From positions 248,001 to 312,000 of the IMG/VR virus record IMGVR_UViG_3300020202_000061: a stretch of DNA of 64,000 nt. One strand, given 5' to 3'. This document shows positions 8,274 through 19,082 of the stretch, piece by piece. The stretch's first letter is position 1. The number at the start of each line of letters is the position of its first letter. The notes below the pieces were generated by a model that was not told the DNA's origin, searched no databases, and saw only the letters and a list, made by a program, of their open reading frames with translations. The translations under genes and the position numbers were made by a program.

Positions 8274-8807
8274 ATGACGCTTCTCGTAAACTTGTTTGGC
8301 GGCCCAGGATGTGGCAAAAGCACGACCCGCGCTGGAATCTTCCACAAACTAAAGCTGCGTGGTTACAACGTAGAGGAAGCGCCTGAGTACGCGAAACAAC
8401 TCACTTGGGAAAAGCGTGGGATGGCTCTGACCTGTCAGCCCTACGTCCTGGGCAAGCAGTTGTTTACGATCTACCGCTTGATGGGACAGGTCGAAGCAAT
8501 CATCACGGATTCTCCGATCATTCTGGGTTCGGTCTATGCACCGCCAGAGGAATTGCCATCGTTTCATCAGTTTGTGATCGACAAGTTCAACTCGTTTGAC
8601 TCGATCAATTTCTACATCAATCGCGTGAAACCCTATAACCCGGCCGGTCGTAACCAGGACCTGGAGGGGGCCAAGCAGATCGATGACGTGGTCTTGAAAT
8701 ACATCCAGGCCCACAATATTCCCTACGAGAATATTGATGGCGACGAAGGTGGTGCGATTGAGGCCGCCGCACTCGTCGGATATATGTTGGAACGCAGAAG
8801 AACCTGA
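8274..8807 (+). CDS. NadR/Ttd14-like P-loop nucleotide kinase (AAA_28)
   Basis: NLFGGPGCGKST, EYAK, ITDSP, GRNQ. Confidence 0.85.
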   Translation: MTLLVNLFGGPGCGKSTTRAGIFHKLKLRGYNVEEAPEYAKQLTWEKRGMALTCQPYVLGKQLFTIYRLMGQVEAIITDSPIILGSVYAPPEELPSFHQFVIDKFNSFDSINFYINRVKPYNPAGRNQDLEGAKQIDDVVLKYIQAHNIPYENIDGDEGGAIEAAALVGYMLERRRT

Positions 8808-11701
8808 TGTACATCGATGCCGCACAAATCCAAAAGGATGGGAATCGTATCTATGTGAGTGAGAGGGGCAAGGATGGTCAAAGGATCATCAAGTCCCAGA
8901 TGCCTCCATATGTGCTCTACTATACCGACCCGGATGGCAATTTCACCAGTATCTACGGGGACAAGCTAAAGCGCGTCCACAATACCTCACGCCGTGCCCA
9001 CGAGAACGATCTCCAATACTACAGGGATCGCGGGTGCAACATTTTCGAATCCGACGTGAAGCCGGTCTTCCGTGTGTTGGAGGAGAAATACGGGCATCTT
9101 GATGATTTGCCCAGTTTGAATGTGGGCATCATCGATATCGAGGCCGACAAGGACCCGAAGAAGGGCTTCACCCGCGTGCGTGATCCCTACGCGATCATCA
9201 ACGCGTTGACCATCTATAAGAAGCACCTGGACACCTACATCACTCTGATTGTGCCACCACCGAATCTCACGGTCGCACAGACCGAATCGATTCTGGCCAA
9301 TACCGGACATCAAGCAGAGGATGGTAGCTACGTCGAGGGGCCGGGCCGAGATGAGTTCTCCGATCTCACTGAGGAACATGGATACTTCGTCTGTGAGGAT
9401 GAGGCCGATCTTCTTCTGACGTTTCTGGAACTGATCGAGGATATCGACGTGCTGACCGGTTGGAACAGCACGTTCTTCGATATTCCCTATCTGATCCAGC
9501 GCATGCGTATCGTGTTGGGCGGAGAATCCATCAACAAACTCGCGATGGAAGACGGCACGGATCAGCATCCGTATGATCCAACGTCGGAGAGTGTCACCCA
9601 CATTCAGAGAATGAACCTGTTTCCGACCGTTCCCAAACAGCGCCATGTGGAACGTTTCGGCACGTTCGAGACCGTCTACGATCTGTGTGGTCGCGTCCAT
9701 CTGGACTATCTGGAACTCTACCAGAAGTTCCCCCATGAGGAGCTTCACTCCTATACCCTGGACTTCGTTCTGAAGCATGAGGTCAAGCAGTCCAAGGTTG
9801 TCTACGAGGGGAGCCTCGACCAGCTATACCGTCTGAACATTCGTAGATTCGCCGCCTATAACCGTCAGGATGTTGCCGGGTTGAAGGCGTTGGACGCGAA
9901 GAAGAAATACATCGATCTGGCCAACGTCATGGCGCACATGGCCAGTGTGACTCTGCGCGAAGTTCTGGGTTCGGTGGTGATCATCGAACAGGCCATCTTG
10001 AAGCGTCTGCACAAGGACAAGCTGATCTGTTTCGACAAGATGGAGAAGCAACACGACCTCCCAATTCCAGGTGCGTTCGTGGTCAACCCAGAGAAGGGTG
10101 ATTATCGCTGCGTAGCCTCATACGACTTCAACTCGCTGTATCCGACGACGATTCGTCTTGTCAATATCAGTCCGGAACAGATCATTGGTCAGTTCGATCT
10201 GAACCGTACCATCACGAAGTGGCGCAAACACTTTGTGGATTACGGTGGGGACACCGGCCGCAAGGATGCCGGAACCAAGGCATGGTCGCATTTCACCGGA
10301 GTGCTCGAATACCATGACGTGATCGATGAGACCGAGGAACAACTCACCCTGGTCTTCGAAGGCACTGGTGAAGAGATCACTCTGACCGGGAAGGAATGGA
10401 AAGAGGTCCTCAAGGAGAACAACTGGTCGATCAGCGGATTCGGCACGGTCTTCGATCTATCCCGAGAGGGTATCGTCACCAAGTGCATGACTGAGTGGTA
10501 TGCGGACCGCGTGAAGCTCCAGGATCAGAAGAAGAAATACGGCAAGGCCCAGGAGGGTGTAAACGATCCGGATAGACTGAAGGAGTTGAAGGAGCTTGAA
10601 GCCTATTACGACATGCTCCAGCAGGCGAAGAAGCTGTTCCTGAACTCCACTTACGGAGCCTACCTGAACTCGTATTTCCGCTTCAATGATCCCCGCTTGG
10701 GTGCGTCGGTCACGCTGAGTGGTCGTGTCATGACCAAGCACATGGTGAAGCAGACCTCCTATGTGATGACCGGGGTCTACGATTTTGATCGCCGCGCCAT
10801 CATCTATGGTGACACTGACTCCTGCTACGCTACCATGCACTGGTATATGCAGCAGAATGGTATCGAGATCACCGACCGCAACATGGTGAAGCTCGCGGAC
10901 GAACTGGGTGAGAAGATCAACGCCAGTATGCCTCCGTTCCTGGAAGGCGCGTTCCTGATCGACCAGAAGCGTGGTGAGATACTCGAAGCCGGTCGAGAGA
11001 TCGTCGGTCGCCGTGGTCTGTTTAAGGACAAGAAGAAACGCTACGCTCTGCACATCATCGACAAGGAAGGCAAAACGGTGGACGATCTCAAGATCGTCGG
11101 TATGGAAACGCGCCGCTCAGACACTCCCAAGCATATCCAGGAGTTTCTCATCCAGTGCCTTACCCAGACCATCAAGGAGAACAAATCTTATGCGGAGATT
11201 CGCCAGATCGTGGATGAATTCCGTGCAGGATTCCGCAAACTTGATCCCTGGCGCATCGGTTCGCCCGGCCGCGTCAAGAAGCTGGCCACCGCCACGAAGA
11301 AACACAACGTCTACAACAGTCGCACCGAGGATGGTGTGGTCGGGCTGGCCAAGCCAAACTCGCATTTCTACGTGAAGGCGGCACTCAACACGAATACCTT
11401 GATGACCCACTACAACGAGACCCGTTGGGACGTGATCCGTGACGGCGATAAGGTCGAGGTTCTTTACCTTAGTCCGAACGAATTCGATATGGACGTGGTT
11501 GGCATCCGCACGGGTGAAACCTATGTCCCGGAGTGGTTCAAAACCCTCCCGGTGGACCGCGCCCGAATGGAGCAGAAATTGATCGATCAGAAACTCCACA
11601 ACGTTCTTGGGGATGTTCTGGAGTGGGATTTTACCCCACAAACAAACTATGCATCTGAAGTATTTGAGGAAAACACGGATTTCTACTCCATGGCGGGTTG
11701 A
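8807..11701 (+). CDS. family B DNA polymerase (T4 gp43-like)
   Basis: Exo motifs DIE, GWNSTFFDIPY, YNRQDV. Pol motifs DFNSLYP, KLFLNSTYG, YGDTDS, KKRY. Confidence 0.98.
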   Translation: MYIDAAQIQKDGNRIYVSERGKDGQRIIKSQMPPYVLYYTDPDGNFTSIYGDKLKRVHNTSRRAHENDLQYYRDRGCNIFESDVKPVFRVLEEKYGHLDDLPSLNVGIIDIEADKDPKKGFTRVRDPYAIINALTIYKKHLDTYITLIVPPPNLTVAQTESILANTGHQAEDGSYVEGPGRDEFSDLTEEHGYFVCEDEADLLLTFLELIEDIDVLTGWNSTFFDIPYLIQRMRIVLGGESINKLAMEDGTDQHPYDPTSESVTHIQRMNLFPTVPKQRHVERFGTFETVYDLCGRVHLDYLELYQKFPHEELHSYTLDFVLKHEVKQSKVVYEGSLDQLYRLNIRRFAAYNRQDVAGLKALDAKKKYIDLANVMAHMASVTLREVLGSVVIIEQAILKRLHKDKLICFDKMEKQHDLPIPGAFVVNPEKGDYRCVASYDFNSLYPTTIRLVNISPEQIIGQFDLNRTITKWRKHFVDYGGDTGRKDAGTKAWSHFTGVLEYHDVIDETEEQLTLVFEGTGEEITLTGKEWKEVLKENNWSISGFGTVFDLSREGIVTKCMTEWYADRVKLQDQKKKYGKAQEGVNDPDRLKELKELEAYYDMLQQAKKLFLNSTYGAYLNSYFRFNDPRLGASVTLSGRVMTKHMVKQTSYVMTGVYDFDRRAIIYGDTDSCYATMHWYMQQNGIEITDRNMVKLADELGEKINASMPPFLEGAFLIDQKRGEILEAGREIVGRRGLFKDKKKRYALHIIDKEGKTVDDLKIVGMETRRSDTPKHIQEFLIQCLTQTIKENKSYAEIRQIVDEFRAGFRKLDPWRIGSPGRVKKLATATKKHNVYNSRTEDGVVGLAKPNSHFYVKAALNTNTLMTHYNETRWDVIRDGDKVEVLYLSPNEFDMDVVGIRTGETYVPEWFKTLPVDRARMEQKLIDQKLHNVLGDVLEWDFTPQTNYASEVFEENTDFYSMAG

Positions 11702-11726
11702 CAATCCTGGGGTTTTCCCCTAAGTG
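11698..11726 (+). promoter_or_regulatory. promoter with CC-x-GGG spacer box
   Basis: TTGACA-ATCCTGGGGTTTTCCCC-TAAGTG. Confidence 0.6.
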
Positions 11727-11742
11727 AAGTCTGGGGGTTTAG

Positions 11743-12528
11743 GTGAACTATCTGTTTTCGTCCATCACAGAGTTTCTGGAGAAGATCGCTCCATTCACGA
11801 AATCGATCTCTCACGTCCATCTGGCTAAGATGAAGGATGGTCGTGGAGTCTTGGCCGCTCCCAGTAGGGATCGTTCGGTCGAGGTTCAAGCCATCACCAA
11901 ACAACCACTGGAAGACCTCCAGGGAGTGGCGTGTCTGGGCAATCTCCTCTATTTGAGGCAAATCCTGAAATCCTCCTTTATCAGGGATTCCGAGATCACC
12001 CTCTCCTACAGGGATGCCAAGGACAATCGACCGGCCTCGGTCAATACCGTACAGTTCTCGGTTCCCAAGAAGTCCGCGATCCTCTATCAGGCGACGGACC
12101 CATTCATGGGGAATCTGGTGATGCCGGTCAAACAGAAGATCACGGAATGGCCGGTCAGTTTCATCCTGGAGGGGAAGGCGTTCGAAGAGATAACCGAGAT
12201 GAGCCAGATTCAGGCTGCGAGTTCGGTCACGGGTGAAATTCTCTTCGAGTTGATCGCGGACAAATCCGGAGTGATGACAGCGATGTTCGGCAAACGTAAC
12301 CAATCCAGTCTGGTCCTGACCGATCAGGTGGATCGTGACGATCCGAAGTCAGGATTCTCGGCGAAATTCATTACGGACCATTTCATCCGCCTCGGTGGGA
12401 TGACCAATTGGAAGGTCCACAAGGACGGGATGGTGTTCCAGTTCTGTGATAAGGCGGTGAAATCCATCTTTGAGACACCAAACCTGGAATACGAAATTAT
12501 CCTGACTGCAAAGAAGGCGGCCGAATAA
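11743..12528 (+). CDS. probable DNA polymerase sliding clamp (gp45-like)
   Basis: 261 aa, directly after polB, alpha/beta pattern; inferred from size and position only. Confidence 0.5.
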   Translation: MNYLFSSITEFLEKIAPFTKSISHVHLAKMKDGRGVLAAPSRDRSVEVQAITKQPLEDLQGVACLGNLLYLRQILKSSFIRDSEITLSYRDAKDNRPASVNTVQFSVPKKSAILYQATDPFMGNLVMPVKQKITEWPVSFILEGKAFEEITEMSQIQAASSVTGEILFELIADKSGVMTAMFGKRNQSSLVLTDQVDRDDPKSGFSAKFITDHFIRLGGMTNWKVHKDGMVFQFCDKAVKSIFETPNLEYEIILTAKKAAE

Positions 12529-13181
12529 TGTTGAAGTGGTTTGGAAAAAAAGAGACCCCTCCGGCACCTGCTCCGACTCCCGTGGTGGAACAGAAAAAGA
12601 TTTGGTTTCGGGTGGAGTTTCACCGCGCCGAGGATGGCTCGGTCTATCACGAGGTTCAGACGGATCGTCGTTTTTTCGAGGATTTGGACCGCAAGTTCAA
12701 GGATCAGGACATCGCCTATGATCCTCTCATGGACGAGAAAACCAAGGTGGCCGTGTTTCTGCACGACTACCTGATGAAGACCATGGAGTATGATCGTCTG
12801 GTCCGCAACTTCATGTCGATGATCGGTGAACCCTATTTTCGTGTGTTGGTCGGACGTAAAACAAAGTCCACCGAGGTCACGGTGGATTCCGATTACAACA
12901 AACACCTGATCTACGATCTGGATAAAATTTATGCCAAGAATAAGGCTCCGTATGATCCGAACGCCGAGGAGCACGTGAAGATTGCGGTCTACCTCTATGA
13001 CATCGTGAACCAGATCGCTCGTCAACACCTCCCCGAGGACGAGGAGGAATTCACCCCTGATGATCCCATGATCAACATTCCTGCCCTGGCCGTACGTGGT
13101 GGGCAGGAGGTTAGGACCGTGGTGGACCTTGGCAACATCAATCCCGAACAGACCGGAACCATAGTCGATGTCCGACAATAA
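12528..13181 (+). CDS. hypothetical protein with internal duplication
   Basis: Repeated DLD....YDP..E..K.AV.L.D unit. Confidence 0.8.
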   Translation: MLKWFGKKETPPAPAPTPVVEQKKIWFRVEFHRAEDGSVYHEVQTDRRFFEDLDRKFKDQDIAYDPLMDEKTKVAVFLHDYLMKTMEYDRLVRNFMSMIGEPYFRVLVGRKTKSTEVTVDSDYNKHLIYDLDKIYAKNKAPYDPNAEEHVKIAVYLYDIVNQIARQHLPEDEEEFTPDDPMINIPALAVRGGQEVRTVVDLGNINPEQTGTIVDVRQ

Positions 13182-13749
13182 GATCGTTTTCATCCGCCAT
13201 GGCGAATCCATGGGTAATGTGTGGGTGGGCGCTTACAAGAACGAAGCGGCAAATTTTCTGACCATCCGTGGGGTGAAACAGGTCGAGCTTGCTGCCATCG
13301 ATCTGATCCGCCGTAACATCCGATTCGATCACGTAGTTACGTCCGGCTTGACCCGCGCTCGCCAGACCGCAACCACCCTGATGCAGACCATGGACGATTG
13401 GCAACGTCATTACGTGGTCGAGCCGCGCCTGAATGAGTGGGTCAAAGTTGGATACGTTCATGATCCCAGCATTCTGGTTCAGGATCGCAAGGATTTCATC
13501 CAGCGCGTGACCGACGCCTACAAGGAGGTGATTGCCCCACTGGACGGGAATGTCCTAGTGGTCTCTCACTTCTTTGTGATGGAGGTGCTGTTCGAGCTTC
13601 TGGGATTCGGTGAGTACGGGAAAATCATTCACCAGCTTCCGAATGATTGGATTCCGAACGCTGTCCCCTACGTGTATGAACCGGGTAATTCCTGGCGTGT
13701 CCCTCGTCTGACCATGATCCACGCTTATGTGCCAGAGCCCCAGTACTAA
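13168..13749 (+). CDS. histidine phosphatase superfamily protein
   Basis: FIRHGES, LT..G..Q, S.L.RA.QT, LNE, VLVVSH. Confidence 0.92.
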   Translation: MSDNKIVFIRHGESMGNVWVGAYKNEAANFLTIRGVKQVELAAIDLIRRNIRFDHVVTSGLTRARQTATTLMQTMDDWQRHYVVEPRLNEWVKVGYVHDPSILVQDRKDFIQRVTDAYKEVIAPLDGNVLVVSHFFVMEVLFELLGFGEYGKIIHQLPNDWIPNAVPYVYEPGNSWRVPRLTMIHAYVPEPQY

Positions 13750-13770
13750 ATATTCACAGAGGAACACGAC

Positions 13771-13956
13771 ATGTTGATCGAAAACAACCAACCCAACAAA
13801 TTTTCCATCGGCGATTTTGTGCGCGTGAAATACACCGGACAGACCGGAAAAATCACGGGTTACGTCGATGGGAAGTGGATTGTGCAAGTGCAAAACGGTA
13901 GACCCCTCCAAGAGGTCGCCGAGAATCTCGTTCCCACGCAGGTGCTGCTGGGATGA
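13771..13956 (+). CDS. small KOW/SH3-like protein
   Basis: FSIGDFVRVK..GQTGKI; TAAATA upstream. Confidence 0.7.
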   Translation: MLIENNQPNKFSIGDFVRVKYTGQTGKITGYVDGKWIVQVQNGRPLQEVAENLVPTQVLLG

Positions 13957-14141
13957 GTGAGACTTGGCCCGGTTGGATCAGAGCGGTGTGGCCCGCCACA
14001 AAGCTTGTTCTCATTCGTAATGAAAATATGAACAAGGAAATCCGCGTCAGCAACGACCAGATCACTGGTCGAATCGTCATGCACGCTCATTGTCAAGTTA
14101 CGGAAACTCCGGATTCTCCGGTATCAGTTGTGATCAACTGA
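13953..14141 (+). CDS. hypothetical protein
   Basis: ATGA coupling. Confidence 0.5.
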   Translation: MSETWPGWIRAVWPATKLVLIRNENMNKEIRVSNDQITGRIVMHAHCQVTETPDSPVSVVIN

Positions 14142-14319
14142 ACATTTTTCCCACACTCCGAAAGTTATTTTTACATCGTGATCTAAAAGGTTTCTATGTT
14201 TAACGGAAACCCCTTGATGTGATCATTAAAGACCTTATGTTACGCTATATACTAAGAGGCACCGAGGGTTTCAGATGCCTCTATGGGGATTCCAAATCAA
14301 CAACGGGGTCGAACAACGA

Positions 14320-16254
14320 ATGTCTAATCTCTTCGCGGATTTCAAGACAACTTTCGAAAAAACCAGGAAAACCGAACTCTCTCTCCAGGAATACTTGGAC
14401 CTGTGCAAACAGGATCGAATGGCTTACGCCTGGGCGGTGGAGAGAATGCTGGCGGCTATCGGCGAGCCCAAGCTAGTTGACACGTCCGAGGACCCGCGCC
14501 ATTCCAGAATCTTCCTGAACCGCACCATCAAGGTGTATGACGTGTTCAAGGATTTCTACGGGATGGAGGCGACCATCGAAAAGATCGTCGCCTTCTTCAT
14601 GAAGGCCGCTCAAGGTCTGGAAGAGAAGAAGCAGGTTCTCTATCTGATGGGGCCGGTTGGATCGGCTAAGTCCTCTCTGGCAGAGCGTCTCAAGGCTCTG
14701 ATGGAGAAGATGCCGATCTACGTGCTCAAGGCGGGTGATCAAATCAGCCCGGTGTTCGAGAATCCCTTGGGTCTGTTCGATCCGAACGTGTGGAGTGATC
14801 GCCTCCAAGAGGAATACGGGATTCCTCGTCGTTATCTGACCGGGTTGATGTCGCCTTGGGCGGTAAAGCGCCTGAACGAGGACTTCGACGGGGATATCAG
14901 CAAGTTCAGTGTGGTGAAGCTCTACCCGAGCAAGCTCAAGCAGATAGCGATCTCCAAGGTCGAACCCGGTGACGAGAACAACCAAGACATTTCGTCTCTG
15001 GTCGGTAAGGTTGATATCCGCAAGCTGGCGGAGTTCTCCGCTCGTGATACCGATGCCTACAGCTACTCCGGTGGTCTCTGCTTGGCCAACCAGGGCGTGC
15101 TGGAGTTCGTCGAGATGTTCAAGGCACCGATCAAGATGCTGCATCCGATGCTCACCGCGACCCAGGAGGGCAACTACAACGGCACCGAGGCGATCTCTGG
15201 TATTCCGTTCCAGGGTGTGATTCTGGCCCACTCCAACGAATCCGAATGGGAGTCGTTCAAGAGCAACAAGAACAACGAGGCATTCCTCGACCGCATCAGC
15301 ATCATCAAGGTCCCTTACTGCCTGCGTGTCACGGACGAGACCAAAATTTACCAGAAGCTCTTGCGTGATTCGTCCCTGGACAAGGCTCCATGCACACCCA
15401 AGACGCTGGAATTGCTCTCCCAAATGAGCGTGCTTTCCCGTCTGATCTATCCGGAGAACTCTTCGATCCATTCGAAGATGAAGGTCTACGATGGTGAGAA
15501 CATCAAGGAAACCGATCCCTACGCCAAATCTGTTCAGGAATATCGTGAACTGGCCGGGGTCAACGAGGGTATGACCGGTCTCAGCACCCGCTGGGCTTTC
15601 AAGGTGCTGTCATCGGTGTTCAATTATGATCCGAACGAGATCGGCGCGAATCCGGTCCATCTGTTCCGTATCTTGGAGGACAAGATCACTGAGGAACAAT
15701 TCCCGAAGGAAGTCGAAGAGGACCTTCGTGAACACCTCCAGTGGATCAAGGCCAAGTACATCGATTTCATCGGCAATGAAATCCAGGTTGCCTACCTGGA
15801 GTCCTACACCGAATACGGCCAGAACATGTTCGACCGCTACATCGTCTATGCGGATCATTGGATCGAGGATCGGGACTATCGTGATTCCGAGACCGGCGAG
15901 ATGTACAACCGCGAAACCCTGAATAAGGAACTCGAAAAGATCGAGAAGCCCTCCGGTATCGCGAATCCCAAGGAATTCCGTAACGAGGTGGTCAACTACT
16001 CTCTCCGTTACAAGGCCAACCACGGCAAGTATCCGAGGTGGAACTCCTACGAGAAGCTCAAGGAAATCATCGAGAAGAAGATGTTCGCGAACATCTCTGA
16101 TCTCCTGCCGGTGATCTCGTTCGAGAAGAAATCCTCCGAGGAGCACGAGAAGAAGCACAAGGATTTTGTGCAGCGCATGAAAGAGAAGGGATACAGCGAG
16201 CGCCAGACCCGTATCGTCGTGGACTGGTTCATGAAGGTACAGAAGTCCAACTGA
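14320..16254 (+). CDS. prkA: PrkA/YeaG family AAA+ serine kinase
   Basis: GPVGSAKSS P-loop, EPGDENNQDIS, ANQGVLEFVEMFKAPIK.LHP, HSNESEW, NNEAFLDR; alternative start 14275. Confidence 0.97.
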   Translation: MSNLFADFKTTFEKTRKTELSLQEYLDLCKQDRMAYAWAVERMLAAIGEPKLVDTSEDPRHSRIFLNRTIKVYDVFKDFYGMEATIEKIVAFFMKAAQGLEEKKQVLYLMGPVGSAKSSLAERLKALMEKMPIYVLKAGDQISPVFENPLGLFDPNVWSDRLQEEYGIPRRYLTGLMSPWAVKRLNEDFDGDISKFSVVKLYPSKLKQIAISKVEPGDENNQDISSLVGKVDIRKLAEFSARDTDAYSYSGGLCLANQGVLEFVEMFKAPIKMLHPMLTATQEGNYNGTEAISGIPFQGVILAHSNESEWESFKSNKNNEAFLDRISIIKVPYCLRVTDETKIYQKLLRDSSLDKAPCTPKTLELLSQMSVLSRLIYPENSSIHSKMKVYDGENIKETDPYAKSVQEYRELAGVNEGMTGLSTRWAFKVLSSVFNYDPNEIGANPVHLFRILEDKITEEQFPKEVEEDLREHLQWIKAKYIDFIGNEIQVAYLESYTEYGQNMFDRYIVYADHWIEDRDYRDSETGEMYNRETLNKELEKIEKPSGIANPKEFRNEVVNYSLRYKANHGKYPRWNSYEKLKEIIEKKMFANISDLLPVISFEKKSSEEHEKKHKDFVQRMKEKGYSERQTRIVVDWFMKVQKSN

Positions 16255-16265
16255 GGGCTATCATA

Positions 16266-17555
16266 GTGACCACGGTCATTGACAGACGTAAGACCGACCG
16301 CCAGAAGAACCTCTCCAATAGGCAGAGGTTCATCAAAAGAGCCAAGGAAGCGATCAAGAAGTCGATCCGTGGAGCCATCCTCAATAAGGATCGCTCGATC
16401 AAAGACTCATCCGGCGGTAATGTTCGAATCCCCAACAAAGGGACGACAGAGCCGAATTTCCGCAATGGAGACGGTGGTCGTAAGATCATCGTTCGTCCGG
16501 GTAATCCAGGCACTGTGCCGGGTGACAAGATTCCACGTCCCAGAAAGGATCAGACTTCGGGCCGTGGTAACAGTGATCCATCCAAAGACCCCGCTGAGTT
16601 GATGGATGAGTTCGAGTTCACGCTGACCCGTGAGGAATTTCTGGACTTCTTCTTTGAGGACCTGGAATTGCCCAACTTGGTCAAGACCGCCCTCAAAGAG
16701 GTGGTCGAGTACAAATGGTCCCGTTCGGGATTTGCCTCGGTCGGTATGCCGTCGAATCTCGACATTACCCGAACCTTCATCAATTCGATGGGTCGCCATT
16801 TCGCTCTGGCCGGAGCCTACCAGAAAAAGATCGACGAACTTCGCGCTAATGGTGGATCGGAAGAGGATATCGCGCTCTGGGAGAAGAGGAAGCGGACCAT
16901 CCCGTTCATGGATGACGTGGACCTGCGCTATCGCCTGTTTGTGAAGCAGCCCAAGCCGATCACCAAAGCGGTAATGTTCTGTCTGATGGACGTATCTGGC
17001 AGTATGGGCGAGTACGAGAAGGACTTGGCCAAGCGTTTCTTCATGCTCCTCTACATGTTTCTGGAGCGCAAATACGAGTCGGTCACCGTGGTGTTCATCC
17101 GTCATACCACCGAAGCCAAAGAGGTGGACGAGCAGGAGTTCTTCTACTCGAAAGAATCAGGTGGAACCGTGGTCAGCACGGCTCTGGAAATGACTGCTGA
17201 TCTGATTCAGCGGCGCTTCAACAGTTCAGACTACAACATCTACGTGAGCCAGTGTTCGGACGGCGACAATGCCTACGATGACAACTCCGTGTGCACCCAG
17301 ATCATCCGTGAGGATATTCTGCCTTATGTCCAGTATTTTGCGTATGTCCAGGTCGGACATCAGCGCGATGAGATGGCCAACATGTGGGGTGTGTTTGCGG
17401 GTCGTCTTGGGAACACCACGAGCACGAATTCCCTCTACGAGGTTTATAAGGAGATCGAGAAGAATACCTCCCATTTCAAGGTGAAGAACCTGAATGGTCC
17501 TGCCGACATCTACCCGGTGTTTCGCGAACTCTTTGAGAAGGACATCAAGGTATGA
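16266..17555 (+). CDS. yeaH: YeaH/YhbH (DUF444) vWA-like protein
   Basis: IDRR, NRQRF, AVMFCLMDVSGSM, FIRHT, SGGT, SDGDN. Confidence 0.96.
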   Translation: MTTVIDRRKTDRQKNLSNRQRFIKRAKEAIKKSIRGAILNKDRSIKDSSGGNVRIPNKGTTEPNFRNGDGGRKIIVRPGNPGTVPGDKIPRPRKDQTSGRGNSDPSKDPAELMDEFEFTLTREEFLDFFFEDLELPNLVKTALKEVVEYKWSRSGFASVGMPSNLDITRTFINSMGRHFALAGAYQKKIDELRANGGSEEDIALWEKRKRTIPFMDDVDLRYRLFVKQPKPITKAVMFCLMDVSGSMGEYEKDLAKRFFMLLYMFLERKYESVTVVFIRHTTEAKEVDEQEFFYSKESGGTVVSTALEMTADLIQRRFNSSDYNIYVSQCSDGDNAYDDNSVCTQIIREDILPYVQYFAYVQVGHQRDEMANMWGVFAGRLGNTTSTNSLYEVYKEIEKNTSHFKVKNLNGPADIYPVFRELFEKDIKV

Positions 17556-19042
17556 GCCTGCTCTGGAATGATAATGAATGGACTTTCCCGCTCATCGACA
17601 AGGTCTACAAGGAGATCGAGCAGATCGGCGTGGGTGAGATGGGTCTGGACATCTTCCCGAATCAGATCGAGGTCATCAGCAGTGATCAGATGCTGGACGC
17701 TTATGCAAGCCATGCCATGCCAGTCATGTATAAGCACTGGTCCTTTGGCAAGTCGTATTCGGTCAACAAGAAACTCTATGAGAACGGTCAGCAGGGTCTG
17801 GCCTACGAGGTCGTAATCAACTCGAATCCCTGCATTGCCTATCTCATGGAGGACAACACCATGACCATGCAGGCTTTGGTCATGGCCCATGCCAGCATCG
17901 GTCACAACAACTTCTTCAAGACTAACTACCTGTTCCAGCAGTGGACCGATCCGGATGGGATCATCGACTACCTGATCTTCGCCAAGAATTATGTGGCGAA
18001 GTGTGAGGAGCGATACGGTGCCGAACGAGTCGAGGAAGTTCTCGATTCCTGTCACGCTCTCATGGACCAGGGTATGGACCGCTTTAAGCGAGCCCGCAAA
18101 CGTTCCCGTCAGGAGGAGAAGCTCCGTGCGGCCGAACGTGAAGCCTATCACCAAAGTCGTGTGAGTGAGCTTTGGCCGGACACCTGGAAGTCCGAGACCC
18201 CGGCCCAGAAGGAAGAACGCAAGAAGCGGATTCTTCCGGAGCCCGAGGACAACATCCTCTACTTCATCGAGAAGAACTCGCCGATCCTGGAGCCGTGGGA
18301 ACGAGAGATCGTTCGTATCGTCCGTAAGGTATCGCAGTATTTCTGGCCTCAGATGCAGACCCAGGTCGGTAATGAGGGCTGGGCCACCCATACCCATTAC
18401 TTCATTATGAATCGTCTCTACGAGAAGGGTCTGATCTCGGACGGTTCTCTGTTGGAGTTCTTCAAGTCCCACACGGGCGTTATCGCGCAGTATCGCATGC
18501 AGCGTCTGAACCCGTACTGCCTGGGATTCAACATTTTCCGCGACATCAAGCGTATGTGCGAGAAACCCACCGATGAGGATCGTGAATGGTTCCCCGATCT
18601 GGTCGGGATGAACTGGCTGGAAGCCGCGAAGGACGCGCGTGAGAACTACAAGGATGAGAGCCTGATCCTCCAGTACCTCAGCCCCAAGGTGATCCGCGAT
18701 CTTAAGCTTTTCTCGATCCTGGATGATTACGGCACGGACTCGATGAACTATATCGTCCAGAACATCCACGACCGGGAAGGCTACAAGGAAGTTCGTCGAT
18801 CCCTCTCTCGCAACTACGACATCAACATGAGAATTCCACAGATTCAGGTGTCGGATGTCAATGTGGATGGGGATCGCAAACTGATCCTTCGCCATACCCG
18901 TCACAACTATGTGCCGCTGGATCAGGCCGATCTCAAGGAAACTCTCCTCCATGTGAGGCGTCTCTGGGGGTTTGCGGTGCGTCTGGACTTCTACAATCCC
19001 GGCGCGGTCAGTCCCACGGATTGGGTAGCGGTGGGTGAATAA
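17552..19042 (+). CDS. spoVR: SpoVR/YcgB family protein
   Basis: HWSFGK, LAYEVVINSNPCIAYLME.N, AH...GHN.FFK.N, NEGWA, NPY.LG. Confidence 0.96.
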   Translation: MSLLWNDNEWTFPLIDKVYKEIEQIGVGEMGLDIFPNQIEVISSDQMLDAYASHAMPVMYKHWSFGKSYSVNKKLYENGQQGLAYEVVINSNPCIAYLMEDNTMTMQALVMAHASIGHNNFFKTNYLFQQWTDPDGIIDYLIFAKNYVAKCEERYGAERVEEVLDSCHALMDQGMDRFKRARKRSRQEEKLRAAEREAYHQSRVSELWPDTWKSETPAQKEERKKRILPEPEDNILYFIEKNSPILEPWEREIVRIVRKVSQYFWPQMQTQVGNEGWATHTHYFIMNRLYEKGLISDGSLLEFFKSHTGVIAQYRMQRLNPYCLGFNIFRDIKRMCEKPTDEDREWFPDLVGMNWLEAAKDARENYKDESLILQYLSPKVIRDLKLFSILDDYGTDSMNYIVQNIHDREGYKEVRRSLSRNYDINMRIPQIQVSDVNVDGDRKLILRHTRHNYVPLDQADLKETLLHVRRLWGFAVRLDFYNPGAVSPTDWVAVGE

Positions 19043-19082
19043 GTTTTGACAAACCCAAGGGTTTTGGGGTAGAATAGAATTC

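Noticed and set aside
8807-11701. Intein or intron in the DNA polymerase
   Set aside because: Motif spacing is ordinary and there are no intein terminal motifs.
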